Shown one piece after another: positions 38,036-47,585 of a stretch of DNA of 64,000 bases. Under the pieces are notes generated by a model that saw only the letters and a list, made by a program, of their open reading frames with translations, was not told where the DNA came from and ran no database searches. This DNA comes from a virus. Position numbers and translations under genes: made by a program. Location of the stretch: IMG/VR virus record IMGVR_UViG_3300047510_003167, positions 1 through 64,000 of that record. The stretch is one strand, 5' to 3'. Each line of letters opens with the position of its first letter. Positions within the stretch are counted from its first letter, which is position 1.

Positions 38036-41000
38036 ATGCCATACGGAACTATTAAGGTTGACAATATTGTTTTTACCAACTCGGGCATTGATCAAACCAT
38101 TGGAGTCTCTGGTCTTGTCCAATCAATCTCTGGTAATTTAACTGCGACCGGCACTATTTCCGGCAATGTGGTTCGCGGTACCACCGTAAGTGGTGCAACG
38201 GTTACGGGTGGAGCTGGTCAATTCACCACCATTACGGGCGGCGTTTTAAGCGTAACTTCCGGTGTGTTTGCCCCAGGTACATCTGGCGCCCCCTCAATTA
38301 GTTTTTCTAGCGACAGCAATACTGGATTCTGGTCCCCCGCTGGAGATACCGTTGCTATTAGCACGGGCGGCTCTGAGCGTATTCGTATTGACAGCGCTGG
38401 TGATTTAGGTGTTGGCACCACAGATCCAACAAGTCGTTTAACCGTCAGGGCCGATGCTGCCTCTGGTCCTAATACTATTATTCGGGTAGAAAATCGAGCT
38501 GTTTCAGCTGGTGTTACTACGCAAAATATTAAGGTTGAAGGTATTTTTGACTATAACAACGGCACGTCTGATGCTTCTGCAGGCGCTATTGTTTTTGGTA
38601 AAGACGGTACTTATACAACTGCAACTACAAATAACGATAGTTATTTAGCTTTTGAAACTGCAACCGATAACTCTTCTACTGAAAAACTACGGATCGACAG
38701 CTCCGGCCGCCTGTTGGTGGGGGCAAGTGCAGGCGTTGCCGTTGGCTCAACGTCTCAAGCTGTTTTTCAAGCCACTGCAGGAACTACAGGCAATCTTAGT
38801 GCATCAATTTATAGCGCCGTAAACAGCGCAACTTGGGGTGCTGTTATTGCATTGGGACATGGAAGGGCAACTACATCTGGCATTCTTTTAGCAGATGATT
38901 TAATTGGACAAATTAGATTTGCAGGTGCAGACGGAACTGACCTAGAGTCTCTTGCCGGCTCAATTTCTGCCTTCGTGGACGGCACCCCTGGCGCCAACGA
39001 CATGCCAGGCAGGCTGATTTTTAGCACCACAGCAGACGGCGCAGCCAGCCCCACTGAGCGGATGCGGATTGACAGCGCCGGAAACGTGGGTATTGGGGCA
39101 ACAACTTTTACCTTTGGAACAGGCTCAGGATTACTTATTCAAAGAGATTCAGTTGCAACAGTTAGAGTATTTAGCAACAGTAATGGAAAAGCCCTTGAAT
39201 TAACTGCCAATGCGACGGGAGGATTGGTAAGTGCGCGTGGAACAGGCTCTGCATTAGTTTTTGAAAGCGATGCCACCGAACGCGCCCGCATCGACTCCTC
39301 AGGCCGCCTGCTGGTGGGGCTATCTAGCGGCGCTGCACTTGTTCATATTGGAAATAGTGTTGACAATTTATTTATGGACCGCAACGAGTCGGTTGCTGGC
39401 GGTCCAAACGCTTCTTTTAGAAAATCACGGGGCACTTCAGGCGCCCCAACTATTGTTAATGACGGGGACTTTACAGGGGCACTGCAGTTCAGGGGGTACG
39501 ACGGAGCGGCTTACATAACAAATGCAACTATTCGTGGCGAAGTAGACGGCACTCCCGGCACCAACGACATGCCTGGCCGCCTTGTCTTCTCCACCACTGC
39601 AGATGGTGCCGCCAGCCCCACGGAGCGCCTGCGCCTGGACTCAAGTGGCCGCTTAGGTCTGGGGACTAGTAGCCCTCAGGCGTTGCTTGAAGTATCCAGT
39701 GCAACCGGAGCAAATCCTCCAACTCCCACAGAGATACGGATTAGGACATCCACGAGTGCTGCTACATGGTCCACTACAGATCCGTGGGGAAGATTGTCCT
39801 TCTATAGCGCGGATGCAACTGCCGGCGGCGCTAGAATACATTCCTCGATAGAAACTATTGCGGCGAATAGCACCGGACAGTCATCCGATCTTGTATTTAA
39901 GACAAGTCCCGATAGTGGCAGCTCTCTTGATGAAAGAGTAAGAATTTCCCAGACAGGGCGCGTGGGGATTGGCACTACTAGCCCTAGCCAACTGCTGCAA
40001 GTCAATGGCAATGCACTAATTGGTGCAACTCCCACAACACAGTACAGCAACCTTACAGTTGTTGGTACGTCAGGAATCCAAGCCGCCGCACCATTATTTA
40101 ACCTAACAAACGTCGCTGGTACTACTCGATTTGCTTATATTCAGCATACTGGAACAGGCGGAGATTTTTTTCTATTAAACCAAGAAGCTGGTGCGTTGCG
40201 ATTTGGCACAAACAACGCCGAACGTGCCCGCATCGACAGCCTCGGCAGGTTGCTGGTGGGTACAAGTACAAGTGTAGCAACAAGTGCACTAAATGCTGGC
40301 CTGCAAATAAGTAACTTGGCGACAGGCAACGGTGCATCAATATCAATTGCTAGGTATAGCAATGACGCAGGCGCAAGTGAATTTATTTTTGGCAAAAGCA
40401 GAAGTGGCATCAATGCTAGTCCTGGGGGGATCATTCAAAACGGAGATACTCTTGGAGTGATCCGATGGGTAGGAGACAATGGTACAGACCTGTCTAGCAG
40501 CGCCGCAACTATTTTGGCTGCAGTTGATGGAGAGCCTGGCACTGCAGGAGATCTTACAGATATCCCTGCACGCCTAGTTTTTACCACGTCACCAGATGGC
40601 GCCGCCGGCCCCACCGAGCGGATGCGGATTGACAGTGCGGGCACCACAACGCTTACTTCTGCTTCAGCAACGGCGCCCTTTATTTCTAAAATCAGCACCA
40701 GCGAAGTCGCCCGCATCGACTCTTCAGGCCGCCTGCTGGTGGGGACTAGTACCCCGTCCAGTGGAGCGCTCGGTAGCGGGAGCCTAGAGGTTTACTCACA
40801 ATCTTCGCTGGAGAACACGCATGTTCTCTTGCATCACAACAGCAACTCAGGATCGCGTTTTGCCAATCTTGAGTTTCTGAAGACGCATAACAACGCCGTC
40901 GTATTGACCGGCAATACGTTGGGCAGGCTTCGTTGGTCTGGCTATGACGGGACATCTGCTGTGACTGCGGCCCTTATTGAATCGGCTGTAGACGGCACCC

Positions 41001-42973
41001 CCGGCACCAACGACATGCCAGGGCGGCTGGTATTCAGCACCACCGCCGATGGTGCCGCTAGCCCCACTGAGCGGATGCGGATTGACTCTTCCGGACGCAT
41101 TGGCTTCAATAACACAAACCTCGGTGGAGCAAGTGGCAACTACCGTTTTGGAGGAATCATCTCTGGTGCAGCTAGTTCAAGTGGAATTTTATACACACCA
41201 ACAATACAGCCTGATGCAACAACTACTGCGAGTTTATTTCAAACTCAACCTTCAACTGCTAGCAATGGCGCTGTTCCTTATGCAATAACTAATCTTTTTC
41301 ACTACCAAACAGTACAGGGGACATTCAACGTTGATAGTACAGTAACCAATCAATATGGTTTTGGCGTAAACAGTTCTTTAACAGGGGCTACAAATAACTT
41401 CGGTTTTTACAGCAATCTTTCTAGTGCTGCAGGGCGATGGAATTTTTATGCTGCAAGTACTGCTGATAGTTATTTTGCCAGCAATAATTTCATCTTCGCT
41501 AATGGCGGCACCGAACGCGCCCGCATCGACAGCTCCGGCAGGCTGCTGGTGGGGACGTCTAGTTCTATTACTACAAACATAGACGGATTAAGCTATGGAT
41601 CAATAAAAAGCCAACTTGCAGGCATCGACGGAAATAACGGTACACAGCTTATTGCTCAATACTCAAACGTTACTGCATTTTCACCAACACTTGCATTGGC
41701 AAGAAGCGTAGCTGCAACGGTAGGAGCTCACACTGCGGTAACAGGCGGTGTCCCCATCGGTCGAGTTAGTGCCGCCGGATCTGATGGCACAACTTTTATT
41801 GAAGGCGGGCGGATTGATTTTGTTGCAGACGCTCTATTTACTACAAATTCCGCTCCCACTCGTTTAGTGTTTTTCACCACCGCCAACGGCGCCAGCTCGC
41901 CCACTGAGCGGATGCGGATTGACAGTGCGGGGCGTGTGGGCATTGGGACGAATAACCCTGGCAAAACTCTCCATGTAGCCGGAGATGCGCGTATTGGCGC
42001 TGCAGACTCAAACGATTGCAGCATTGAACTTGGAGAAGGGGCAACGGGGAATCGTGCCGCATTTATTGATTTTGTTAGTGATACAACTTATACAGATTTT
42101 GGACTGCGTATTCGCAGGAATAATGGTGGGGCCAATACCGATTCAAATATTAACCATCGGGGGACAGGCTCTCTTGTCCTAAACGCGTTGGATGCTGGAT
42201 CTGTGAGCGTTAGCTCTAACGGCTCCGAACGCGCACGCATTGACTCCTCAGGCCGCCTGCTGGTGGGCGCGAGTACAAGTGTTAGCCAATTTGGGGTTGC
42301 TCCTCAAATCCAGTCAACTGGTACATCAGGAGCAGGTGGTTACTTAGGTCTGACTGTTTTTAATACTGCTGTTGACTCTGCCCCAAATCTGGTTCTTGGC
42401 CATTCCAAGGGAGCAACTGTTGGCACATATACCGCCTCCGTTGCGGAAGACCTGTTAGGAGAAATTACTTTTACGGCAGCCAACGGTACTGATATGCGCC
42501 GTGGCGCATCAATCGGTGCTTGGGCAGATGCAGGCTGGGGCACAAATGATCATCCTGCGCGATTAGTTTTTTCCACAACCTTTGACGCTGGTTCTGGCCC
42601 CACCGAAGCCTTCCGCATCACCAACGACCGGGTGCATTGCTACAACCAAGCCGCACCAGCCGCTGTCGATACCACCGCCACGCTGACCGTCGCCAACCTC
42701 AAGACCGGCATTATCACCAGCACCACCGCCGCAGCCGTCACGATGACGCTGCCCACCGGCACCGACACACAAGCAGGATTCAGTGGCACCTACGACAACA
42801 TGACGTTCGAATGGAGCGTTATCAACACAGGCGCCACCAATGCCGTCACCGTGCAAGGCAACACCGGCCACACCTTAGTTGGTACAGGTACCGTTGCAGC
42901 TAGCAGCTCTGGTCGTTTTGCCTCACGACGCACGGCAGCTAATACGTTCGTAACCTATCGGCTTTCCAGCTGA
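38036..42973 (+). CDS. Long tail fibre with modular repeats
   Basis: 1645 aa; repeated ER(M/A)RIDSSGRLLVG and DGTPGTNDMPGRLVFSTTADGAASP modules. Confidence 0.85.
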   Translation: MPYGTIKVDNIVFTNSGIDQTIGVSGLVQSISGNLTATGTISGNVVRGTTVSGATVTGGAGQFTTITGGVLSVTSGVFAPGTSGAPSISFSSDSNTGFWSPAGDTVAISTGGSERIRIDSAGDLGVGTTDPTSRLTVRADAASGPNTIIRVENRAVSAGVTTQNIKVEGIFDYNNGTSDASAGAIVFGKDGTYTTATTNNDSYLAFETATDNSSTEKLRIDSSGRLLVGASAGVAVGSTSQAVFQATAGTTGNLSASIYSAVNSATWGAVIALGHGRATTSGILLADDLIGQIRFAGADGTDLESLAGSISAFVDGTPGANDMPGRLIFSTTADGAASPTERMRIDSAGNVGIGATTFTFGTGSGLLIQRDSVATVRVFSNSNGKALELTANATGGLVSARGTGSALVFESDATERARIDSSGRLLVGLSSGAALVHIGNSVDNLFMDRNESVAGGPNASFRKSRGTSGAPTIVNDGDFTGALQFRGYDGAAYITNATIRGEVDGTPGTNDMPGRLVFSTTADGAASPTERLRLDSSGRLGLGTSSPQALLEVSSATGANPPTPTEIRIRTSTSAATWSTTDPWGRLSFYSADATAGGARIHSSIETIAANSTGQSSDLVFKTSPDSGSSLDERVRISQTGRVGIGTTSPSQLLQVNGNALIGATPTTQYSNLTVVGTSGIQAAAPLFNLTNVAGTTRFAYIQHTGTGGDFFLLNQEAGALRFGTNNAERARIDSLGRLLVGTSTSVATSALNAGLQISNLATGNGASISIARYSNDAGASEFIFGKSRSGINASPGGIIQNGDTLGVIRWVGDNGTDLSSSAATILAAVDGEPGTAGDLTDIPARLVFTTSPDGAAGPTERMRIDSAGTTTLTSASATAPFISKISTSEVARIDSSGRLLVGTSTPSSGALGSGSLEVYSQSSLENTHVLLHHNSNSGSRFANLEFLKTHNNAVVLTGNTLGRLRWSGYDGTSAVTAALIESAVDGTPGTNDMPGRLVFSTTADGAASPTERMRIDSSGRIGFNNTNLGGASGNYRFGGIISGAASSSGILYTPTIQPDATTTASLFQTQPSTASNGAVPYAITNLFHYQTVQGTFNVDSTVTNQYGFGVNSSLTGATNNFGFYSNLSSAAGRWNFYAASTADSYFASNNFIFANGGTERARIDSSGRLLVGTSSSITTNIDGLSYGSIKSQLAGIDGNNGTQLIAQYSNVTAFSPTLALARSVAATVGAHTAVTGGVPIGRVSAAGSDGTTFIEGGRIDFVADALFTTNSAPTRLVFFTTANGASSPTERMRIDSAGRVGIGTNNPGKTLHVAGDARIGAADSNDCSIELGEGATGNRAAFIDFVSDTTYTDFGLRIRRNNGGANTDSNINHRGTGSLVLNALDAGSVSVSSNGSERARIDSSGRLLVGASTSVSQFGVAPQIQSTGTSGAGGYLGLTVFNTAVDSAPNLVLGHSKGATVGTYTASVAEDLLGEITFTAANGTDMRRGASIGAWADAGWGTNDHPARLVFSTTFDAGSGPTEAFRITNDRVHCYNQAAPAAVDTTATLTVANLKTGIITSTTAAAVTMTLPTGTDTQAGFSGTYDNMTFEWSVINTGATNAVTVQGNTGHTLVGTGTVAASSSGRFASRRTAANTFVTYRLSS

Positions 42974-43029
42974 TAGGTATTACTCTCTAAATTTCCCTGG
43001 TAGAATACAAAAAACTTAATTGATGAATT

Positions 43030-43350
43030 ATGGCTGACACTTACACTTGGGGTATTGCCAATCTGGAACGTCACGTTTCTGATGGCGCTGTTTATACCGC
43101 TCATTGGACCCTTAATGCAGAGCGTGTTACTGGTGGAGAACTTTACACCGCCAGCTCCTATGGTTCCGTTGGTTTCTCTGATCCTGATCCGGATGACTTT
43201 ACGCCGTACGAAGATTTGACTTCTAGCCAAGTTATTGGTTGGGTTCAAGATGCTCTTGGTGCCGATAAAGTAGTTGAAATGGAAGACTCGTTAAGCAGCC
43301 GCCTGGATGATGAGGTAACCCCTACCAGCGAATCCGGTATTCCTTGGTAA
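43030..43350 (+). CDS. Tail-fibre-associated/assembly protein
   Basis: Acidic 106 aa (FTPYEDLTSSQVIGWVQ...GIPW) directly after the fibre. Confidence 0.6.
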   Translation: MADTYTWGIANLERHVSDGAVYTAHWTLNAERVTGGELYTASSYGSVGFSDPDPDDFTPYEDLTSSQVIGWVQDALGADKVVEMEDSLSSRLDDEVTPTSESGIPW

Positions 43351-43385
43351 ATAATTGCTATACTTTTTGAAGTTATTTATTTAAC

Positions 43386-43577
43386 ATGGCTTGCAAGAAA
43401 AGCGAACTGGTTTCTGCCATTAATTCTTTTGGCTCTGCCCGTGCATCTGGCGATGGTAATTTGATTGCTTTTGCCGCTAACCTTATCGGTTCTCTTGTTG
43501 AAACCCTTGAGTTTGAACCTGAAGCAGAAGAAGGAACGATTGAAGTTAAGGACGCTGAAGTTGTTGAAGAAGGTTGA
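43386..43577 (+). CDS. Small hypothetical protein
   Basis: 63 aa, TATACT upstream. Confidence 0.6.
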   Translation: MACKKSELVSAINSFGSARASGDGNLIAFAANLIGSLVETLEFEPEAEEGTIEVKDAEVVEEG

Positions 43578-43620
43578 ATTAGTACACCTGACCTAAAGTT
43601 GTACTAACAGCTTTAGGTCG

Positions 43621-44733
43621 ATGACTATAAAACTGACTGACGCAGCAAAGTTCTATAAAGAACTTCAACATCAAAAGGATGCTTGGAATTGGCTCCAGGG
43701 TCAGGTGCCTCCTGAAACCCTGGAGTCTTTTAGCGTCAAATATCGCAGCGAACCAAAACCCAGCGAAGAATATCCCAATACCTGGGACGGTGTTTTAGCT
43801 GCAGGGAAAGCAATGGGTGCTAAGTATCCAGAATGTGTTGCAGCGCAGTGGGCCCTGGAAAGTGGTTGGGGTAAACATACGAGCGGTAAACACAATTACT
43901 TTGGTTTAAAGGGGTCTGGCACATCAACCACAACACAAGAGTTTATTAATGGTCAGTGGATTACAATCACCGCTGACTTTATTGATTTTCCTGACCTATC
44001 TACGTGTGTTGATTATCTTGTATCGCGCTGGTACAAAGACTACAAAACTTACAAAGGTGTAAATCGAGCAACCAGTCGAAATAACTGTGCAGAACTTTTA
44101 GTTCAAGAAGGTTATGCAACGGATCCAGACTATGCAACAAAATTAATTCAAATTATGGACAAACAACTCCAAACTCCTGGAGGTGATTCCACTGCAGTTA
44201 CGTCTTCTAAAACCCTTACCGTTCCTTACTTTTATCAACTAGACAATCAATCAGGCACTGGTTATCGCGAGTGTTTTTCTTCTTCTTGTGCAATGATTGC
44301 CGCTTATTACGGCAAAGTAAAAACAGATGATGAATACAACAAAATTAGGGCTAAATATGGTGACACTACAGATGCAAATGCGCAGCTAAAAACACTGCAA
44401 GCCCTGGGACTTAACGCCAAATTTATTACCAACGGTAATTCTGCTTTATTAGAAAACGAGATTCGTAATAACAGACCTGTTGCTGTTGGTTGGTTACATC
44501 AAGGAAATGTAAGTGCTCCCACAGGCGGCGGTCATTGGACTTGTTGTATTGGTTTCACAGAAACTGAATTTGTACACAACGACTCAAATGGGGAAGCGAA
44601 TATGGTCAATGGAGGGTACGTAAGCAATGCAGCATCCCGCGGAAAAGGTGTCAAATACAGTAAAAAGAATTGGTTACCACGTTGGGAGTGCGACGGTAAA
44701 AACACAGGTTGGGCAATTTTAGTTTCTAAATGA
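43621..44733 (+). CDS. Endolysin: GH73 glucosaminidase plus C39-like peptidase
   Basis: AQWALESGWG..HNYFGLKG..GYATDPDY; VPYFYQLDN...CFSSSCAM...GHW...HND. Confidence 0.85.
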   Translation: MTIKLTDAAKFYKELQHQKDAWNWLQGQVPPETLESFSVKYRSEPKPSEEYPNTWDGVLAAGKAMGAKYPECVAAQWALESGWGKHTSGKHNYFGLKGSGTSTTTQEFINGQWITITADFIDFPDLSTCVDYLVSRWYKDYKTYKGVNRATSRNNCAELLVQEGYATDPDYATKLIQIMDKQLQTPGGDSTAVTSSKTLTVPYFYQLDNQSGTGYRECFSSSCAMIAAYYGKVKTDDEYNKIRAKYGDTTDANAQLKTLQALGLNAKFITNGNSALLENEIRNNRPVAVGWLHQGNVSAPTGGGHWTCCIGFTETEFVHNDSNGEANMVNGGYVSNAASRGKGVKYSKKNWLPRWECDGKNTGWAILVSK

Positions 44734-44891
44734 AAAAGAATCGAGATCCGCGTATTCGCGTTAATGTTTGTTGGGAAGTTGCGGACGAAAAAAAATGCGC
44801 AACCCTCGATAAAAACGAGGCTTACGCATTGAAACAATGGGTAGAAGAAAATAACGGATGCGTTTGGTGGTTCCAGGGATTACCTGATTAA
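44730..44891 (+). CDS. Small protein (53 aa)
   Basis: Read manually; ATGA coupling to the endolysin. Confidence 0.55.
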   Translation: MKKNRDPRIRVNVCWEVADEKKCATLDKNEAYALKQWVEENNGCVWWFQGLPD

Positions 44892-45056
44892 TCAGCGTTG
44901 CTTAGCCCGACCAATAACCAAAGCACAAATTTCGATCAATTTATAAACCTTACCGACAAACTTATCGTCAGAAGGAGTAGGAGTAAGCGCACAAATAGCA
45001 GAAGCAGCTGCGTGAATAGCAAGAGCAACTTCTAAATAACGACCAAGGTGAGCCAT
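44892..45056 (-). CDS. Small membrane protein, holin-like (54 aa)
   Basis: Read manually: MAHLGRYLEVALAIHAAASAICALTPTPSDDKFVGKVYKLIEICALVIGRAKQR; lies near the endolysin. Confidence 0.6.
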   Translation of the reverse strand: MAHLGRYLEVALAIHAAASAICALTPTPSDDKFVGKVYKLIEICALVIGRAKQR

Positions 45057-45073
45057 GAGTAATACCTTTTTTC

Positions 45074-45511
45074 TTATTCTATATCTTGTGATTTATACCA
45101 AAAGAAAGATTTGTGCTCATCACTAATTTGCCATTCGGAATCTTCATGCTTGATGAACCATTTTTTCCAAACTTGAAACTGTTTATCTGCCAAGACTGAT
45201 TCACAGCACAACGAAATTGAATCCCCAGGTGGGATCTCCAACATCCATTGACGTACTTGACGTATAGCTAATGCTTGTGTTTTGGAGCCAACTTTACCGG
45301 TCAAACTCCCAGCCAGGAGGCGGGCCCTGACGTTTTTTCGTTCGTTCATCCAGTCGTTTATTTGCCTTGCAGATTTGCTGACAGCTAAGCTCGCAAGCCA
45401 CACGCACCCGTTCTTCGTACGAATCCAAGGGATCAACCTCATCCTCAAACGGAACTTCTGGGGCAAAAAAATCGTCCCAATCTTTTTGCGACGTTGTAAA
45501 TTCAATCCCAC
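45074..45511 (-). CDS. Hypothetical protein
   Basis: 145 aa; start uncertain; overlapped by ORF 45294..45521. Confidence 0.5.
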   Translation of the reverse strand: MGLNLQRRKKIGTIFLPQKFRLRMRLIPWIRTKNGCVWLASLAVSKSARQINDWMNERKNVRARLLAGSLTGKVGSKTQALAIRQVRQWMLEIPPGDSISLCCESVLADKQFQVWKKWFIKHEDSEWQISDEHKSFFWYKSQDIE

Positions 45512-45651
45512 CTTTAGTCATTACACGTCATAGATACGGCAGCTCTGCGCCCAAGGCGTAGCTTCACAATAAAGTTTAAAAGCAGTAGACGAATTATGCT
45601 TACTATTTTTTTGTTTTAAAAACATAAGCTTACAAATAGTTAAGAAATACT

Positions 45652-46551
45652 TCATGACCTAGTAATTAAAGGTACAAAAATCTCAGGTAGTGCATCGCCA
45701 GGGCTTCTTTCTCTTTGCCAAGCTTCAGTCCATTCAGATAATGAATGTTCGTGAATTGAATTGAAATCATATTCATTACCTGGCTCCAGGATAAATTTAT
45801 CTTGGGATTCAGGAATCGGCACACCAATTAACCAAGTAGAGTTTTCTGAAATAGTTACGGTATTTCCAGAGTTAATTGTGGCTACAGAAACAGTGTAACC
45901 ATTTGTAAAACTTGGAAGCGTGTAATTTGTATTGAAATCAGGACCGATGACAATAGTGTTACCCAAGTCAATGTTGGACTCAAGAGTTAAGAAACTACTG
46001 TCAAGGTCTTCAAGTAAAAGAAGGATTTCAGTAAGCGGAACCTCAATAACAAGACCCAACGAATAATCAAGGGGTTCGTTACGTGTACTGGATACACAAA
46101 ACAGATAGTTGCCGGGTTCTAGTGAGTAGTAGAAATCATCGCCTTTATTCAAAGCGTATGGGTTGAATTCGTTATATAAATCAGATTGGGCTCCAGCAAC
46201 CTTACCAAGATACGGATAATAAAGTTCTCCACTGATTCCCGCAAACTGACCGCTGTCAGCCTGGAAGATCATTCGACCTTGAATGGGTGTGTGATTTAAA
46301 TCGTACGCAGAGAGCTGAATGTAATTAGGACGCGGACCACCTTTGCGGGTAATGATCCAGGCAGGAACTTGTAAATTGATTTGATACCAATGGTTCATGG
46401 TGCCGCCACCATAACCATTAAGACCAACTACATATTCAGGACCAAGACTTCCGGTGAGGTAGCGCAGCGACGTTTCACTAAACGAACCAAGCAATTGTGG
46501 ATTTGCTTGGGTGCGTTGACGCTGAGAAGATTGAGCGCTACCCCTGGTCAT
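45652..46551 (-). CDS. Hypothetical beta-rich protein
   Basis: 299 aa, coupled to the upstream gene. Confidence 0.6.
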   Translation of the reverse strand: MTRGSAQSSQRQRTQANPQLLGSFSETSLRYLTGSLGPEYVVGLNGYGGGTMNHWYQINLQVPAWIITRKGGPRPNYIQLSAYDLNHTPIQGRMIFQADSGQFAGISGELYYPYLGKVAGAQSDLYNEFNPYALNKGDDFYYSLEPGNYLFCVSSTRNEPLDYSLGLVIEVPLTEILLLLEDLDSSFLTLESNIDLGNTIVIGPDFNTNYTLPSFTNGYTVSVATINSGNTVTISENSTWLIGVPIPESQDKFILEPGNEYDFNSIHEHSLSEWTEAWQRERSPGDALPEIFVPLITRS

Positions 46552-47279
46552 TAGATATCAATATTATCGTTTTCTTCATTGTACTCGGGGGCATCCTTAG
46601 CATATTGCGGATTGGTAATGGGCATTTTGTAAGTATTTTTCACAACTTCATCCAGGGATTTTTTCTCCCTGAGCTGCTTGCCCACCAGCATTAACTTCTC
46701 TGCATTGAACTTGGTAACAAGTGGATACACCTTTGACGGAGGGTAGGTTCTGTTCCAGGTAGACACCATATGTAACGGATTGGCACAGGCATTGTTCCCG
46801 CACAACCTTGTCACCAAGAGGTCGCCCACGTCCCCCCAAGCGCACTGGTACACCGCCTTGTGGACGTTGACGTTATCGGACAACCTGCCGGTGTACTTGG
46901 CCCTGTAGGAGGGCATGCAGATCCTTTTAGGCGTACCACCAGAAGCGTTTTTAATTTCCCAGCAGTCTCCCGGCTCACCAATCTCAACCATGTTCCACAG
47001 GTTGTGGCACTTGGCCTTGTAGTCGAAATGTAGGTAGTTGACATCAAACCCACAGACGTTGCTCAGGATCTTCTTGGCGCACTCGTAGCACCAATGGTGA
47101 ACTGAGTCTCGAATGAGATGACCGTGAACGCAAGGGTATCCCTGATAGTACCCATGTTCTGCAAGTTGCGACTCATTGAGACTTTCAATGAGATTGACAT
47201 GCCTAAAGCTTGTCTGCAACAGGGTTTTGGGATTTGGTTTCATTACCACCAGGGCTTGGCTATGGGTCAATCCTGGCAC
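46551..47279 (-). CDS. HNH/His-Cys-like Zn-binding nuclease-domain protein
   Basis: CVHGH...CYEC; DCWE...VHKAVY...VTRLCGNNACANPLHM. Confidence 0.6.
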   Translation of the reverse strand: MPGLTHSQALVVMKPNPKTLLQTSFRHVNLIESLNESQLAEHGYYQGYPCVHGHLIRDSVHHWCYECAKKILSNVCGFDVNYLHFDYKAKCHNLWNMVEIGEPGDCWEIKNASGGTPKRICMPSYRAKYTGRLSDNVNVHKAVYQCAWGDVGDLLVTRLCGNNACANPLHMVSTWNRTYPPSKVYPLVTKFNAEKLMLVGKQLREKKSLDEVVKNTYKMPITNPQYAKDAPEYNEENDNIDI

Positions 47280-47285
47280 GAGTGA

Positions 47286-47411
47286 GTGCAGACTTTCAGA
47301 CTTTGGGGGCCTTTTTAAAAACTTTCCCTAGAAAGGCGACAAGATTGCCAAAGTTGTCGCCTTCTTAGAAGGGTTTTATAAAAGGGACCCCAAAGTCTGC
47401 AATCTCTGCAC
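47286..47411. repeat. Long imperfect inverted repeat (arms about 57 nt)
   Basis: GTGCAGA..CAGACTTTGGGG..AGGCGACAA / TTGTCGCCT..CCCCAAAGTCTG..TCTGCAC. Confidence 0.85.
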
Positions 47412-47531
47412 CAACATTTGAGTCTCACCTTAAGACCCCTTCCCCTGCAAAGGATCTCATTTCAATACAAGTAAGACTCACTTCAAACTCTGCACGATCT
47501 CTGCACCAACAAATGAGTCTCACTTTAAGAC
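47402..47531. repeat. Two 35-bp direct repeats (47402-47436 and 47497-47531)
   Basis: ATCTCTGCACCAACA(TT/AA)TGAGTCTCAC(C/T)TTAAGAC, 32/35 identical. Confidence 0.9.
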
Positions 47532-47542
47532 AACATCCCAAC

Positions 47543-47570
47543 AAAAAACCCCCGCTCGTAGCAGGGGCTT
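47543..47570 (-). terminator. Rho-independent terminator of the glycosyltransferase transcript
   Basis: Minus strand reads AGCCCCTGC-TACGA-GCGGGGGTTTTTT. Confidence 0.75.
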
Positions 47571-47585
47571 CTGTCTCCTGGTAAA

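Noticed and set aside
38036-42973. Diversity-generating retroelement or invertase shufflon acting on the fibre
   Set aside because: No reverse transcriptase, no adenine-specific TR/VR pair and no intact recombinase seen in the window
47402-47531. Possible mini CRISPR array (35-bp repeats)
   Set aside because: Only two repeats, a 60-nt gap that itself contains repeat fragments, and no cas genes
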